This document shows, in pieces, positions 6,624 through 14,641 of a DNA stretch of 18,561 bases. This DNA is from an uncultured archaeon. Lineage in GTDB: Archaea > Iainarchaeota > Iainarchaeia > Iainarchaeales > 0-14-0-20-30-16. Made by a program: the position numbers and the translations under genes. How positions within the stretch are numbered: position 1 is the first letter of the stretch; each line of letters starts with the position of its first letter. The stretch spans positions 33,145 through 51,705 of the forward strand of contig CAZQQS010000003.1 of the NCBI GenBank assembly GCA_964595665.1. Reading direction: 5' to 3'. The notes under the pieces were generated by a model, which made no database searches, was not told the DNA's origin, and worked only from the letters and a program-made list of their open reading frames with translations.

Positions 6624-6926
6624 CTATTGTTCTTCTTCGATATAATACCCTAAGATTGATTTCTTTAGAATTCCATTTACTTTTACAATAGCATTCTCTG
6701 CTGGTAAGCTGTTTGAACTTATGAATATACTATCAGTATCGTCTTTTAAAGTGTAACCTGATAACTCGCCTAATTTTATGCTATTTAATACTGTTCCAGA
6801 AACAGTTACATTTTTGTTAATATAACTATCAAATTTGATTTCTTCAATATTTTTAGTTGTTATACACCCACTTAAAAGTACGAATAATCCTAAAACTAAA
6901 ATAATTATTGCTAAAATATATTTCAT
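6624..6926 (-). CDS. Small secreted lipobox-type protein with OB-fold-like domain
   Basis: I use the ATG at 6926 (MKYILAIIILVLGLFVLLSGC), giving a signal peptide that ends in the lipobox-like L-S-G-C. The mature part, NVTVSGTVLNSIKLGELSGYTLKDDTDSIFISSNSLPAENAIVKVNGIL, follows the pattern of YgiW/BOF-type OB folds (inference). Confidence 0.65.
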   Translation of the reverse strand: MKYILAIIILVLGLFVLLSGCITTKNIEEIKFDSYINKNVTVSGTVLNSIKLGELSGYTLKDDTDSIFISSNSLPAENAIVKVNGILKKSILGYYIEEEQ

Positions 6927-7003
6927 TAAATCACCAAATATAAGATGTATATCCATTTATATAATATTTGTTTTTTTATAAATATATAATATAGTTGATT
7001 TTA

Positions 7004-7846
7004 ATGGATTCTAATAAACAAAAAGTGAGTTGTGTTATTCCTGCTTATAACGAGGCAAAGAATATTTCTAAAGTATTAAAAGTAGTATGTACTTGCGAAA
7101 TATTAAATGAAATAATTGTAGTAGATGATGGCTCTAAAGACAAAACAAAAGAAATTGTAAAAGAATTTCAAAAGAAATATAAAAAATTAAAACTAATTAT
7201 TAATGAAAATAATTTAGGAAAAACTGGGGCTGTAATTAAAGGAATAAACTCTGCAAAAAATGAAATTATATTTATGTGTGATGCAGATTTATTAAAATTC
7301 ACACATGAAAATATTAGGTCTTTAATATTACCAGTAGTAAATAAGAAATATGATTTAACTATCTCAAATAGAGCTGGAGATATGGCTACTATTATGGGAT
7401 TTACAAATTGGTCTAGATTTTTTTCTGGAGAAAGAGTTTTTTATAAAAAAGAATTTCAAAAATTAAAACTTCCAAAAAATTCAGGATATTTATTAGAAAT
7501 AATAATGAATTTACATTATTTAAAACACAATAAAAAAGTTTTAGATGTTTATATGCCAAATTTATTTACTGTTTTCCAATTTAATAAAATGAGTTTCTTT
7601 AAGGGAATAAATAATTATTTGAATATGTATTCCAAAATTTATAATGCAATGAAAATAATTGAATTTTTAGGATTTATTAGAGAATTTACTAATGATAGAT
7701 TTTCTTGGTTATATAATTTATATTTTAAATCAAAATATTTTAAATTTATTTATGGGTTCTTAATTTATGTTTTTAATTTCTTTGATGGTTTCTATTTATT
7801 TTTCAAAGTAAATATATTAAAGTTTATTAATTGGGTTTGGGATTAA
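7004..7846 (+). CDS. Family 2 glycosyltransferase (dolichyl-phosphate sugar synthase-like) with C-terminal hydrophobic region
   Basis: GT-A motifs are present: VSCVIPAYNEAKNI, IIVVDDGSKDKT, NLGKTGAVIKG and CDADL. The C-terminal FIYGFLIYVFNFFDGFYLFF is membrane-like. The track start is TTG at 6995, but I prefer the ATG at 7004. Confidence 0.85.
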   Translation: MDSNKQKVSCVIPAYNEAKNISKVLKVVCTCEILNEIIVVDDGSKDKTKEIVKEFQKKYKKLKLIINENNLGKTGAVIKGINSAKNEIIFMCDADLLKFTHENIRSLILPVVNKKYDLTISNRAGDMATIMGFTNWSRFFSGERVFYKKEFQKLKLPKNSGYLLEIIMNLHYLKHNKKVLDVYMPNLFTVFQFNKMSFFKGINNYLNMYSKIYNAMKIIEFLGFIREFTNDRFSWLYNLYFKSKYFKFIYGFLIYVFNFFDGFYLFFKVNILKFINWVWD

Positions 7847-7861
7847 TAAAAATAAAAAAAG

Positions 7862-7879
7862 AAAGCTAAAAATAGCTTT
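7862..7879. terminator. Bidirectional hairpin between convergent genes
   Basis: AAAGCT(A)-aaaa-(T)AGCTTT forms a 6-7 bp stem. T-runs follow on both strands. It lies between the GT2 stop (7846) and the csp stop (7900). Confidence 0.5.
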
Positions 7880-7899
7880 ATTTAATAAGTATTAAAATC

Positions 7900-8139
7900 T
7901 TATTGTTCTTCTTGTTCGTCTTCTGGATTATGTTCTTGGTTTTCTTGTCCTTCAACTTTAACATTTATTGCTAAAGGGCCTTTTTCTCCAGCTTCCACAT
8001 CAAAAGTTACTTTTGATCCTTCTTTCAAAAAGTTTCTTGGCTCTATACCTGTTTTATGTACAAAATAATCTTTTCCATCTTCACCTTGTACGAATCCAAA
8101 TCTTTTTTTTACATTATAGAATTTTACAGTTCCTTGCAT
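7900..8139 (-). CDS. csp: Cold-shock domain protein (CspA family) with acidic C-terminal tail
   Basis: GTVKFYNVKKRFGFVQGEDGKDYFVHKTGI...EGSKVTFDVEAGEKGPLAINV matches the CSD with RNP1-like KRFGFV and RNP2-like YFVH. An extra tail EGQENQEHNPEDEQEEQ follows. A strong SD GGAGTGA (8144-8150) lies 4 nt from the ATG. Confidence 0.9.
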   Translation of the reverse strand: MQGTVKFYNVKKRFGFVQGEDGKDYFVHKTGIEPRNFLKEGSKVTFDVEAGEKGPLAINVKVEGQENQEHNPEDEQEEQ

Positions 8140-8160
8140 GTTTTCACTCCTTTTTGTTTT

Positions 8161-8182
8161 AGTCTTTTTTAAAGCAAAGACT
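8161..8182 (-). promoter_or_regulatory. 5'-UTR stem-loop of the csp mRNA
   Basis: AGTCTTT-tttaaagc-AAAGACT forms a perfect 7-bp stem 11 nt upstream of the SD. The TATA at 8204-8211 predicts a TSS at about 8181-8183, so the transcript would begin with this hairpin. Confidence 0.45.
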
Positions 8183-8203
8183 TAATAATTATAGTAAAAT
8201 AAG

Positions 8204-8211
8204 TATATAAA
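8204..8211. promoter_or_regulatory. Shared TATA box for divergent csp and membrane-protein genes
   Basis: The sequence reads TATATAAA on the plus strand and TTTATATA on the minus strand. It is centred about 26 nt from the ATG at 8233 (leaderless plus-strand gene) and about 26 nt from the base of the csp 5' hairpin on the minus strand. Confidence 0.4.
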
Positions 8212-8232
8212 GCTTTGGTTCTTACATATATT

Positions 8233-8700
8233 ATGAATAAAGCAATGTATTATGTTTTAAGTGTTTTGATAGCGATTTTGTTTACTGCAATAATCTTTTA
8301 TGGTGCACATGTATTCTTTAATTTAGAAGATAATAACTGTTGGACTAAGTATAATTATCCAATTATGGATGACAAAAATTATGACTCATTAGAAGTACAA
8401 AAACAAGAAAAATTAATGCAAAATGATATTGAGATTTGTAATTTCGCATACGAATCAAATAAAAATGTTCAAGATAAATACAAGCTTTTATTTATAGGTA
8501 TAATTAATATTTTGATTTTAATATTGATTTTATTTGTTAGAATAAACAATTTAGAATTAGGACTATTATTAGGTGTAATCTTAAGTTCAATAATATCTAT
8601 TATTACTTACTATGGCTCAAGCTCAATTATAGCATTTATATTAGTATTAATTGAATTTATACTTTGTTTATTTGTAATAACAAAAAGATTTAAGGATTGA
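8233..8700 (+). CDS. Hypothetical polytopic membrane protein
   Basis: The ORF has an N-terminal TM (YYVLSVLIAILFTAIIFYGAHVFF), a ~60-aa loop with two Cys, then about three TM helices. I prefer the ATG at 8233 over the track TTG at 8215 because of the TATA spacing. Confidence 0.6.
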   Translation: MNKAMYYVLSVLIAILFTAIIFYGAHVFFNLEDNNCWTKYNYPIMDDKNYDSLEVQKQEKLMQNDIEICNFAYESNKNVQDKYKLLFIGIINILILILILFVRINNLELGLLLGVILSSIISIITYYGSSSIIAFILVLIEFILCLFVITKRFKD

Positions 8701-8712
8701 AAATCCTTAAAT

Positions 8713-10137
8713 TTAATTTACTTTTTTACTAAATCTACCTTGAAATTTATTATTTTTATTTTTTGGTCGAGATTTAAATCTTTTGTTTTTATCTTCTCTT
8801 TCTTTTGGTTTAGAAAAATCTTTTGAAACAACTTCACTTAAACCTTGATGAGTTTTTCTCATTGGGCTTTCTTCAGTTTTTAATTCTTTATTATATTTAA
8901 AAGGTTTTTTTGGAGCTCTTCCACCAATTCTTGGACCTCTACTAGTATTAGTAGTATTTGAATCCCCAAATCTAGAATCTCTTCCTCTTGATGAATTTCT
9001 AGATCCCATAGATGGACCTCTACCTCTAGAACTACTATCTCTTCTCATATATTCTCTAGGATTAAAATCTAAACTTTCAACATCAAATTTTTTATTTCTA
9101 TTTGCAAAGACATGGTCTTCAGAAACAAAAGTTATTGCTTGACCTTTTTTACCCATTCTTCCAGTTCTTCCAATTCTATGCAAATAAACATCTGGATCAT
9201 TACCTAAATCATAATTAATTACAATATCAACATTATCAATATGTAATCCTCGAGCAGCAACATCTGTTGCAACTAATATAGGAACTTTCATAGATTTAAA
9301 ATCTTCTAATGCTTTCTCTCTAAAATTTTGAGTTTTATCACCATGTATTGAATTAATAAAGAATCCTTGTTTTTCTAATTTTAATTTAATTTGTTCTGCT
9401 CCTCTTTTAGTTGAAACAAAAATTAAAACTTTGGCATCTAAATTATCTTTAATAATTTCTAAAAGTTTTGCATATTTTTCAGAATTTCTTAAAATAAATT
9501 TTTCTTCATGAATATTTTTACATAAATCTTTATTTTCAACAGATACTTCTTTGTATTCTTTTAAATGTGATTTAATTAATCTTACAATTTTATTATCTAA
9601 AGTTGCAGAAAATAAGTGTATGTGTTTAGGTTCAACATTTTCCATAATAGATTTAACTTCTCCTAAGAAACCCATATCTAATAATCTATCTGCTTCATCT
9701 AAAACCAGAGTATCGAAAAAACCTTTTCTAATTGTTTTATTCATCATATGATCTAAAATTCTTCCAGGAGTTCCACAAATAATATCTACTCCTTCTTTTA
9801 ATTTTTTAATTTCAATAAACATTCCGTGTCCACCATAAACAACAGTAGTTCTTACTTTCAAATATTTTGCTAATTTTCTAAATTCTTTTTCTAATTGAAC
9901 AGCTAACTCTCTTGTTGGGCTAATTACTAATGTTTTTTTACCTTGTAAAGCATTTTCTAAACAAGGTATAGCAAAAGCAAAAGTTTTTCCTGAGCCAGTA
10001 ACACTTTTTCCTAAAACGTTTTGACTATTTAATATTAAAGGTATAGACCTTTCTTGTATTTCAGTTAAATTTACTAAATTCATTTCTTTAATTGCTCTTT
10101 TAATTCCATTATTTACATCTAATTCATCAAATTTCAT
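8713..10137 (-). CDS. DEAD-box ATP-dependent RNA helicase with RG/K-rich disordered C-terminal tail
   Basis: All core motifs are present: Q motif (F..L.....T.IQ), I (TGSGKT), Ia (PTRELA), Ib (TPGR), II (DEAD), III (SAT), V (VATDVAARGLHI) and VI (HRIGRTGR). The ~110-aa tail is rich in RGR, SR and K. SD AGGTGAT lies just upstream of the ATG. Confidence 0.95.
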   Translation of the reverse strand: MKFDELDVNNGIKRAIKEMNLVNLTEIQERSIPLILNSQNVLGKSVTGSGKTFAFAIPCLENALQGKKTLVISPTRELAVQLEKEFRKLAKYLKVRTTVVYGGHGMFIEIKKLKEGVDIICGTPGRILDHMMNKTIRKGFFDTLVLDEADRLLDMGFLGEVKSIMENVEPKHIHLFSATLDNKIVRLIKSHLKEYKEVSVENKDLCKNIHEEKFILRNSEKYAKLLEIIKDNLDAKVLIFVSTKRGAEQIKLKLEKQGFFINSIHGDKTQNFREKALEDFKSMKVPILVATDVAARGLHIDNVDIVINYDLGNDPDVYLHRIGRTGRMGKKGQAITFVSEDHVFANRNKKFDVESLDFNPREYMRRDSSSRGRGPSMGSRNSSRGRDSRFGDSNTTNTSRGPRIGGRAPKKPFKYNKELKTEESPMRKTHQGLSEVVSKDFSKPKEREDKNKRFKSRPKNKNNKFQGRFSKKVN

Positions 10138-10211
10138 TTAATCACCTATACAACTATCCTCTTTTCATCTAGATTCATTTTTGAATACTCCTTTTAAGAT
10201 AGTTGACAAAA

Positions 10212-10242
10212 ACAGAACATTATTGTATAATATATATTCTGT
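10212..10242 (-). terminator. Hairpin plus T-run downstream of mscL
   Basis: On the minus strand, ACAGAAUAU...AUGUUCUGU forms 9 bp including one G-U pair, followed by UUUU. It begins about 20 nt after the mscL stop. Confidence 0.45.
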
Positions 10243-10263
10243 TGAGGTTATTTATAACTCTTT

Positions 10264-10683
10264 TTATTTTTTAAATGGACTTTTAATTTTATCAACTATT
10301 TTATTATTTGCAATTTTTTCTTTTAATTTTGCTGCTTTCTCCTCTGCAGATTTATTTAATTTGTTAATAAATTTTATTGCAATAAACACAGCCAAAGCAA
10401 TTATTATGAAATCTACAATTGTACTAATAAAAGCACCATATTTTATTATTGGAGCTCCTGCAGTTACAGCATCAGCCATCGTTGGATAAGTCGCATCTGT
10501 TAAATTAATATATAATTGTTTAAAATCCACATTACCTAATAATAATCCTATAGGAGGCATAATTACATCATTTACAAAAGAACTAACAATTTTATTAAAA
10601 GCAGTTCCAATTATAATACCAATTGCCAAATCCATTACATTTCCTTTTATTGCAAACTCTTTAAATTCTTTTAAAAAACCCAT
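10264..10683 (-). CDS. mscL: Large-conductance mechanosensitive channel MscL
   Basis: [54 protein letters not shown] is near-colinear with E. coli MscL ([54 protein letters not shown]). A second TM and a charged tail are present. Confidence 0.92.
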   Translation of the reverse strand: MGFLKEFKEFAIKGNVMDLAIGIIIGTAFNKIVSSFVNDVIMPPIGLLLGNVDFKQLYINLTDATYPTMADAVTAGAPIIKYGAFISTIVDFIIIALAVFIAIKFINKLNKSAEEKAAKLKEKIANNKIVDKIKSPFKK

Positions 10684-10748
10684 AACACCACCTTAAAAAC
10701 CTATCTTTAATATATATTTTAATACTTTATAAAACTATTTGTGATGTT

Positions 10749-11489
10749 ATGATTTTAATTTATATTTTATTAGCTGTCTTCTTAGTTAGTATAATTTCTT
10801 TATTAGGAATTTTCTTTTTAGCATTTAAAACAAAAACATTAAACAAAATTACTACTTATTTAGTTAGTTTTGCTGCAGGAAGTTTATTTGGGGCTGCATT
10901 CTTACACATCATGCCTGAAGCAATAGAAGAATTACCAGGAATGTTACCTTTTGGATTATTATTAATAGGAATTTTATTATTCTTTATAATTGAAAAAGGA
11001 TTTCATTGGAGACATTGCCACGAACAAAATTGTAAGAGTCATATTGGATATTTAAATCTATTTGGAGACGCAATCCATAATTTTATTGATGGTATTGCAA
11101 TAGCTTCTGCATTTTTAATTAATATAAATACAGGAATTATAACTACTTTAAGTATATTATTACATGAAATTCCCCAAGAATTAGGTGACTTTGGAATATT
11201 AATACATTCAGGATTTACAAGAGCAAAAGCTTTATTATATAATTTTTATAGTGCAATATTTGCAATTTTAGGTGCATTAATTGCTTATTTATTATCTAAT
11301 TATGTTTACAATTTCACAATCTACTTAATGCCTATAGTTGCTGGAGGCTTTATTTATTTAGCAGGAAGCGATTTAATTCCCGAAATACATAAAGAAAAAG
11401 GATTAAAAGTATCTATTTTGCAAACCCTATTCTTAGCTTTTGGCTTAATACTTATCTTTTTAATGAGCGAATTGCTTCATTTGCATTAA
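10749..11489 (+). CDS. ZIP-family divalent metal (Zn/Fe) transporter, ZupT/GufA-like
   Basis: It has about 8 TM helices. It carries the signature HEIPQELGDFGIL, the conserved HNFIDGIAIA, and a His/Cys-rich loop HWRHCHEQNCKSH. Confidence 0.9.
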   Translation: MILIYILLAVFLVSIISLLGIFFLAFKTKTLNKITTYLVSFAAGSLFGAAFLHIMPEAIEELPGMLPFGLLLIGILLFFIIEKGFHWRHCHEQNCKSHIGYLNLFGDAIHNFIDGIAIASAFLININTGIITTLSILLHEIPQELGDFGILIHSGFTRAKALLYNFYSAIFAILGALIAYLLSNYVYNFTIYLMPIVAGGFIYLAGSDLIPEIHKEKGLKVSILQTLFLAFGLILIFLMSELLHLH

Positions 11490-11525
11490 ACACTGTTTAT
11501 AAACATTTCCATAACAATTTATTAT

Positions 11526-12314
11526 ATGAGTAACAAAATTATCTTTGGATTTATTTTAGCAATTATATTGTTATTGCCATCAGCTTTCTCAGACTTTAGC
11601 TGTAAAAATACTTTAATAAATGAAAATAACAATGTAATTTATTGTGAATATATAGGCACAAAAAATGAATTATTTAGTCCTAAATTAGAAGGTAACTTAA
11701 AATATGATTTAGAATTTAATGAAAAAGTAATGAGTCCAAATCAATTATTTATTTTAAAAGTAAATGTGGATGTTTATAATAGTCCTGAAGGAAAACAAAT
11801 AATTAAGTTAATTCAAGGCACATTTACTCAAGATTTGAGCATTACTATAAATAGATTATATCCAGATATAGTTTCAAACTATAACATTAAATATTCGGAA
11901 AATAATGCTAAAGTTGATTTAATTTTGGAAAACAAAACAAATAATATTTATCCAATAATAATAAAATTCTATGATAGTAACAATATTTTAAACAATAAAC
12001 TTTCAGATAAAGTATTACTATTAAATGAAAATGAATCAAAAAAAATAGAATTAGATTTAGAATTAAACAATTCAGGAAAATTAAACTATGAAATGTTATT
12101 TTCTAACAAAAAAATAAATAATTCTATAGATTTGAATACTGAGATCAAAGAGATAGTCCCAAGATATAATATAGTTGCATTTTTTGGTTTAAGTGATTTT
12201 GAATTACCAATAAATACTTTGTTCATAATATTGAATGTTTTTTTATTTGTAATAGCCGTAGTGCTTTTTACAATGTTTATAGGAAGATTAGGTAAAGTTA
12301 TAGTTAAGAGGTGA
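11526..12314 (+). CDS. Secreted surface protein with signal peptide and C-terminal TM anchor
   Basis: Signal peptide is MSNKIIFGFILAIILLLPSAFS. The body is Asn-rich and beta-type. The C-terminus has a TM plus basic tail (LFIILNVFLFVIAVVLFTMFIGRLGKVIVKR). Its stop codon TGA sits inside the SD GAGGTGA of the next gene. Confidence 0.75.
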   Translation: MSNKIIFGFILAIILLLPSAFSDFSCKNTLINENNNVIYCEYIGTKNELFSPKLEGNLKYDLEFNEKVMSPNQLFILKVNVDVYNSPEGKQIIKLIQGTFTQDLSITINRLYPDIVSNYNIKYSENNAKVDLILENKTNNIYPIIIKFYDSNNILNNKLSDKVLLLNENESKKIELDLELNNSGKLNYEMLFSNKKINNSIDLNTEIKEIVPRYNIVAFFGLSDFELPINTLFIILNVFLFVIAVVLFTMFIGRLGKVIVKR

Positions 12315-12318
12315 ATTT

Positions 12319-14436
12319 ATGAATTTTACAAAAATATTTTTTAGTATATTTGCAATAGTATTTGCATTAAGTGCAGTAAGTGCATATTATATCCCAGAAA
12401 CATTTGACCCTTGTTTATTTGGATATTGTTTTGACGAAGAATCAGAACCAAATATAACAGTTACATTAGAACAAACTAATTATTATATTGAAAGCGATAA
12501 AACATTAGATTTGTATTTTGTAATTAAAAATACAGGAGATAAAGCTGGAAATATAATTATACAAATGCAACCTTCAGAAGATGATGAAGATTATTTTACT
12601 GCTGAAAGAGTTTCTAAAGAATTAGAAATATTGCCAAATAGCGAAGAAACAGTAAAATATAGAATCTATGTTGATGAAGATGCAGATTACGAGAAATATA
12701 AATTACCTTTTAAAATAATAGAATACTATTACAATAATGGAAAATACATACAAGATTCATATTTTGTATATGCTAATTTATATGTTGAAGAATTTGATTT
12801 AATAGATGTATATTTAGAAGATAATCAAGTTTGTGTAAATTATGATGCACCTTATTATACTAATTTAGTATTCTATAACGATTCAAGTAGAACTTATTAT
12901 GTATCACCAAAAGTAAAATCAGATTTAATGATTTCTACAAAATCAGATTTAATAGAAGTAAGACGAGACAGAAAAGTTAAAGTAGAATTAAAAATAAATA
13001 AAGAATTGCCTATTGGAGAATATGATATTTTAATAAAACAAGATATTTACGAAGACACAGTATATTCAAATGCAAAATATTTAGAAAAAACTTTGACTTT
13101 AGAAGTAGTTGATTGTGTTGCTGAAAATTTATCTGTTTATATTCCTACAAGATCATTGAACATGAAATCTACAGAAACAAAACAAATTAATTTTAGTTTA
13201 ACAAATTCAACTGGAGAAGATATGTCTGTATATTTAAGTTACAAAACATCTGATCCTAGTATAGCAGTTACTTTCCCAACACAACAAGTATCTGTAAGAG
13301 ATGATTATAGTTATTCTAATAACTTTAAAATTATCACTTCTGGAACATCTTCTGGATATAAGACAGTAACTATAATTGTAGAAACACCATATGCTACTAT
13401 TGAAAAAGAAATTACAATAAATGTTGCAAAAAGTGATTTAGAATTATCTACTAGTACTTTAGATATCCCTTTAGGATTAAAAGGTACTCAAGAAATAACT
13501 TTATCTAATAACACAAATTATACTATGAACTTATATTTGGCAATTAAACCAAACTATGTTGATACTTTAATTTTAAATACAAACAATTTAACTTTAACTG
13601 CTGGACAAAGTAAAACTATAAAAGTAGATATTACTCCAAACACTTTGGGAAATAAAGAATATATCTTTGTAGTTTCTGGAACTAAAAATTTAGAATATGT
13701 TTTAAATTATACAAGTAATTCAGAAATTGACAACGTAAACTTTGTAAGTAATTATGATTTTAAAACAAATCCAAAAGTAAACACTTGGAATAATTTAAGT
13801 GTAACATTATATAACCCATATAATTTTACTACAAATGTAACTTTAAGTGTTGAAGGTTATGATGTTCAAACTAAAAATTTAAACATACAATTAAATCCAA
13901 ATCAAACAAGAACTGTTGCTTTAGGTTATATGCCTGGAAATAATGCTTCAAAAGCAAATTTAGTAATAGGTTCAAACTTAGGTACTAAAACATACCCTAT
14001 AACTTTAGATTTAATTTATGATACTGAAAATCCAAAACCTTTAGAATTTAAAGAAGTTCCAACTAATGTAGGTTATTTAAAAGATAAAGTAACTAAAGAA
14101 ACATTTAAAGTTTATAATTCAAATAACTTTAGTGTTAACGGTACTTTAAAAATAATTGATAACAATAACTTAGTTATTGCTGAAAAAGCATTTTCAGTTA
14201 GCCCAAATTCTGAAGAAAATGTAGAAGTAAAATTTAGCTTAAGTGAAAATACATCTGGAATTATAAAATTAATTGCAGGTAATTCAGTAAAAGATTATAA
14301 CGTAGTATTTACAGAAAAAACTGGTTTTTTTGAAACTGGTTTATTTGGCCTAGGAATAGGAAATACATTAAGTATAATCTTTGGAGCAATAATAATTGTT
14401 GGATTATTAGTATTTTTTATAGTTAGAAGGCATTAA
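12319..14436 (+). CDS. Large surface protein with signal peptide, multiple CARDB/NEW3-like beta-sandwich repeats and C-terminal TM anchor (COG1470-like architecture)
   Basis: 705 aa with signal peptide MNFTKIFFSIFAIVFALSAVSA. Repeated units include FVIKNTGDKAGNIIIQ and INFSLTNSTGEDMSVYLS. The C-terminus is GLFGLGIGNTLSIIFGAIIIVGLLVFFIVRRH. A strong SD GAGGTGA lies at 12308-12314. Confidence 0.8.
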   Translation: MNFTKIFFSIFAIVFALSAVSAYYIPETFDPCLFGYCFDEESEPNITVTLEQTNYYIESDKTLDLYFVIKNTGDKAGNIIIQMQPSEDDEDYFTAERVSKELEILPNSEETVKYRIYVDEDADYEKYKLPFKIIEYYYNNGKYIQDSYFVYANLYVEEFDLIDVYLEDNQVCVNYDAPYYTNLVFYNDSSRTYYVSPKVKSDLMISTKSDLIEVRRDRKVKVELKINKELPIGEYDILIKQDIYEDTVYSNAKYLEKTLTLEVVDCVAENLSVYIPTRSLNMKSTETKQINFSLTNSTGEDMSVYLSYKTSDPSIAVTFPTQQVSVRDDYSYSNNFKIITSGTSSGYKTVTIIVETPYATIEKEITINVAKSDLELSTSTLDIPLGLKGTQEITLSNNTNYTMNLYLAIKPNYVDTLILNTNNLTLTAGQSKTIKVDITPNTLGNKEYIFVVSGTKNLEYVLNYTSNSEIDNVNFVSNYDFKTNPKVNTWNNLSVTLYNPYNFTTNVTLSVEGYDVQTKNLNIQLNPNQTRTVALGYMPGNNASKANLVIGSNLGTKTYPITLDLIYDTENPKPLEFKEVPTNVGYLKDKVTKETFKVYNSNNFSVNGTLKIIDNNNLVIAEKAFSVSPNSEENVEVKFSLSENTSGIIKLIAGNSVKDYNVVFTEKTGFFETGLFGLGIGNTLSIIFGAIIIVGLLVFFIVRRH

Positions 14437-14450
14437 TCCTTCTCTCTATT

Positions 14451-14470
14451 ATTTTATTTTTCTTTTTTTT
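14451..14470 (+). terminator. Oligo-T termination tract after the surface-protein operon
   Basis: The tract TTTTATTTTTCTTTTTTTT (including a T8 run at 14463-14470) starts within 35 nt of the stop. Archaeal RNAP terminates at oligo-T. Confidence 0.4.
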
Positions 14471-14568
14471 ATTATTTCTTAATTAGTAGGCTTTTTAAAT
14501 ATTATATATCTAATTATTATACTTAACAACAAATTCTTAATATTCTTTTTTGAAAAGAAATCAATAGT

Positions 14569-14639
14569 GTGGGGTTGGCAGAACGGTCATGCAGTCGCCT
14601 GCAGAGCGACGTAAGGGGGTTCAACTCCCTCACCCCACT
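14569..14639 (+). tRNA. tRNA-Cys (anticodon GCA)
   Basis: 71-nt hand-folded cloverleaf. Acceptor is GUGGGGU/ACCCCAC. Anticodon arm is GUCGC-CUGCAGA-GCGAC. T arm is GGGGG-UUCAACU-CCCUC. The discriminator is U73, the Cys identity element. No CCA is encoded. Confidence 0.9.
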
Positions 14640-14641
14640 TT

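Noticed and set aside
6456-6653. 65-aa plus-strand ORF
   Set aside because: It lies on top of the intron-containing tRNA-Tyr. The open frame is a by-product of the GC-rich tRNA sequence.
7968-8162. 64-aa ORF antisense to csp. The same applies to 9551-9751 (antisense to the DEAD-box gene), 10181-10489 (antisense to mscL), 14778-15005 (antisense to GT2), and 16429-16740 and 17956-18165 (antisense to hef).
   Set aside because: All are shadow ORFs opposite genes with strong family motifs. Their translations are low-complexity and hydrophobic with no recognisable features.
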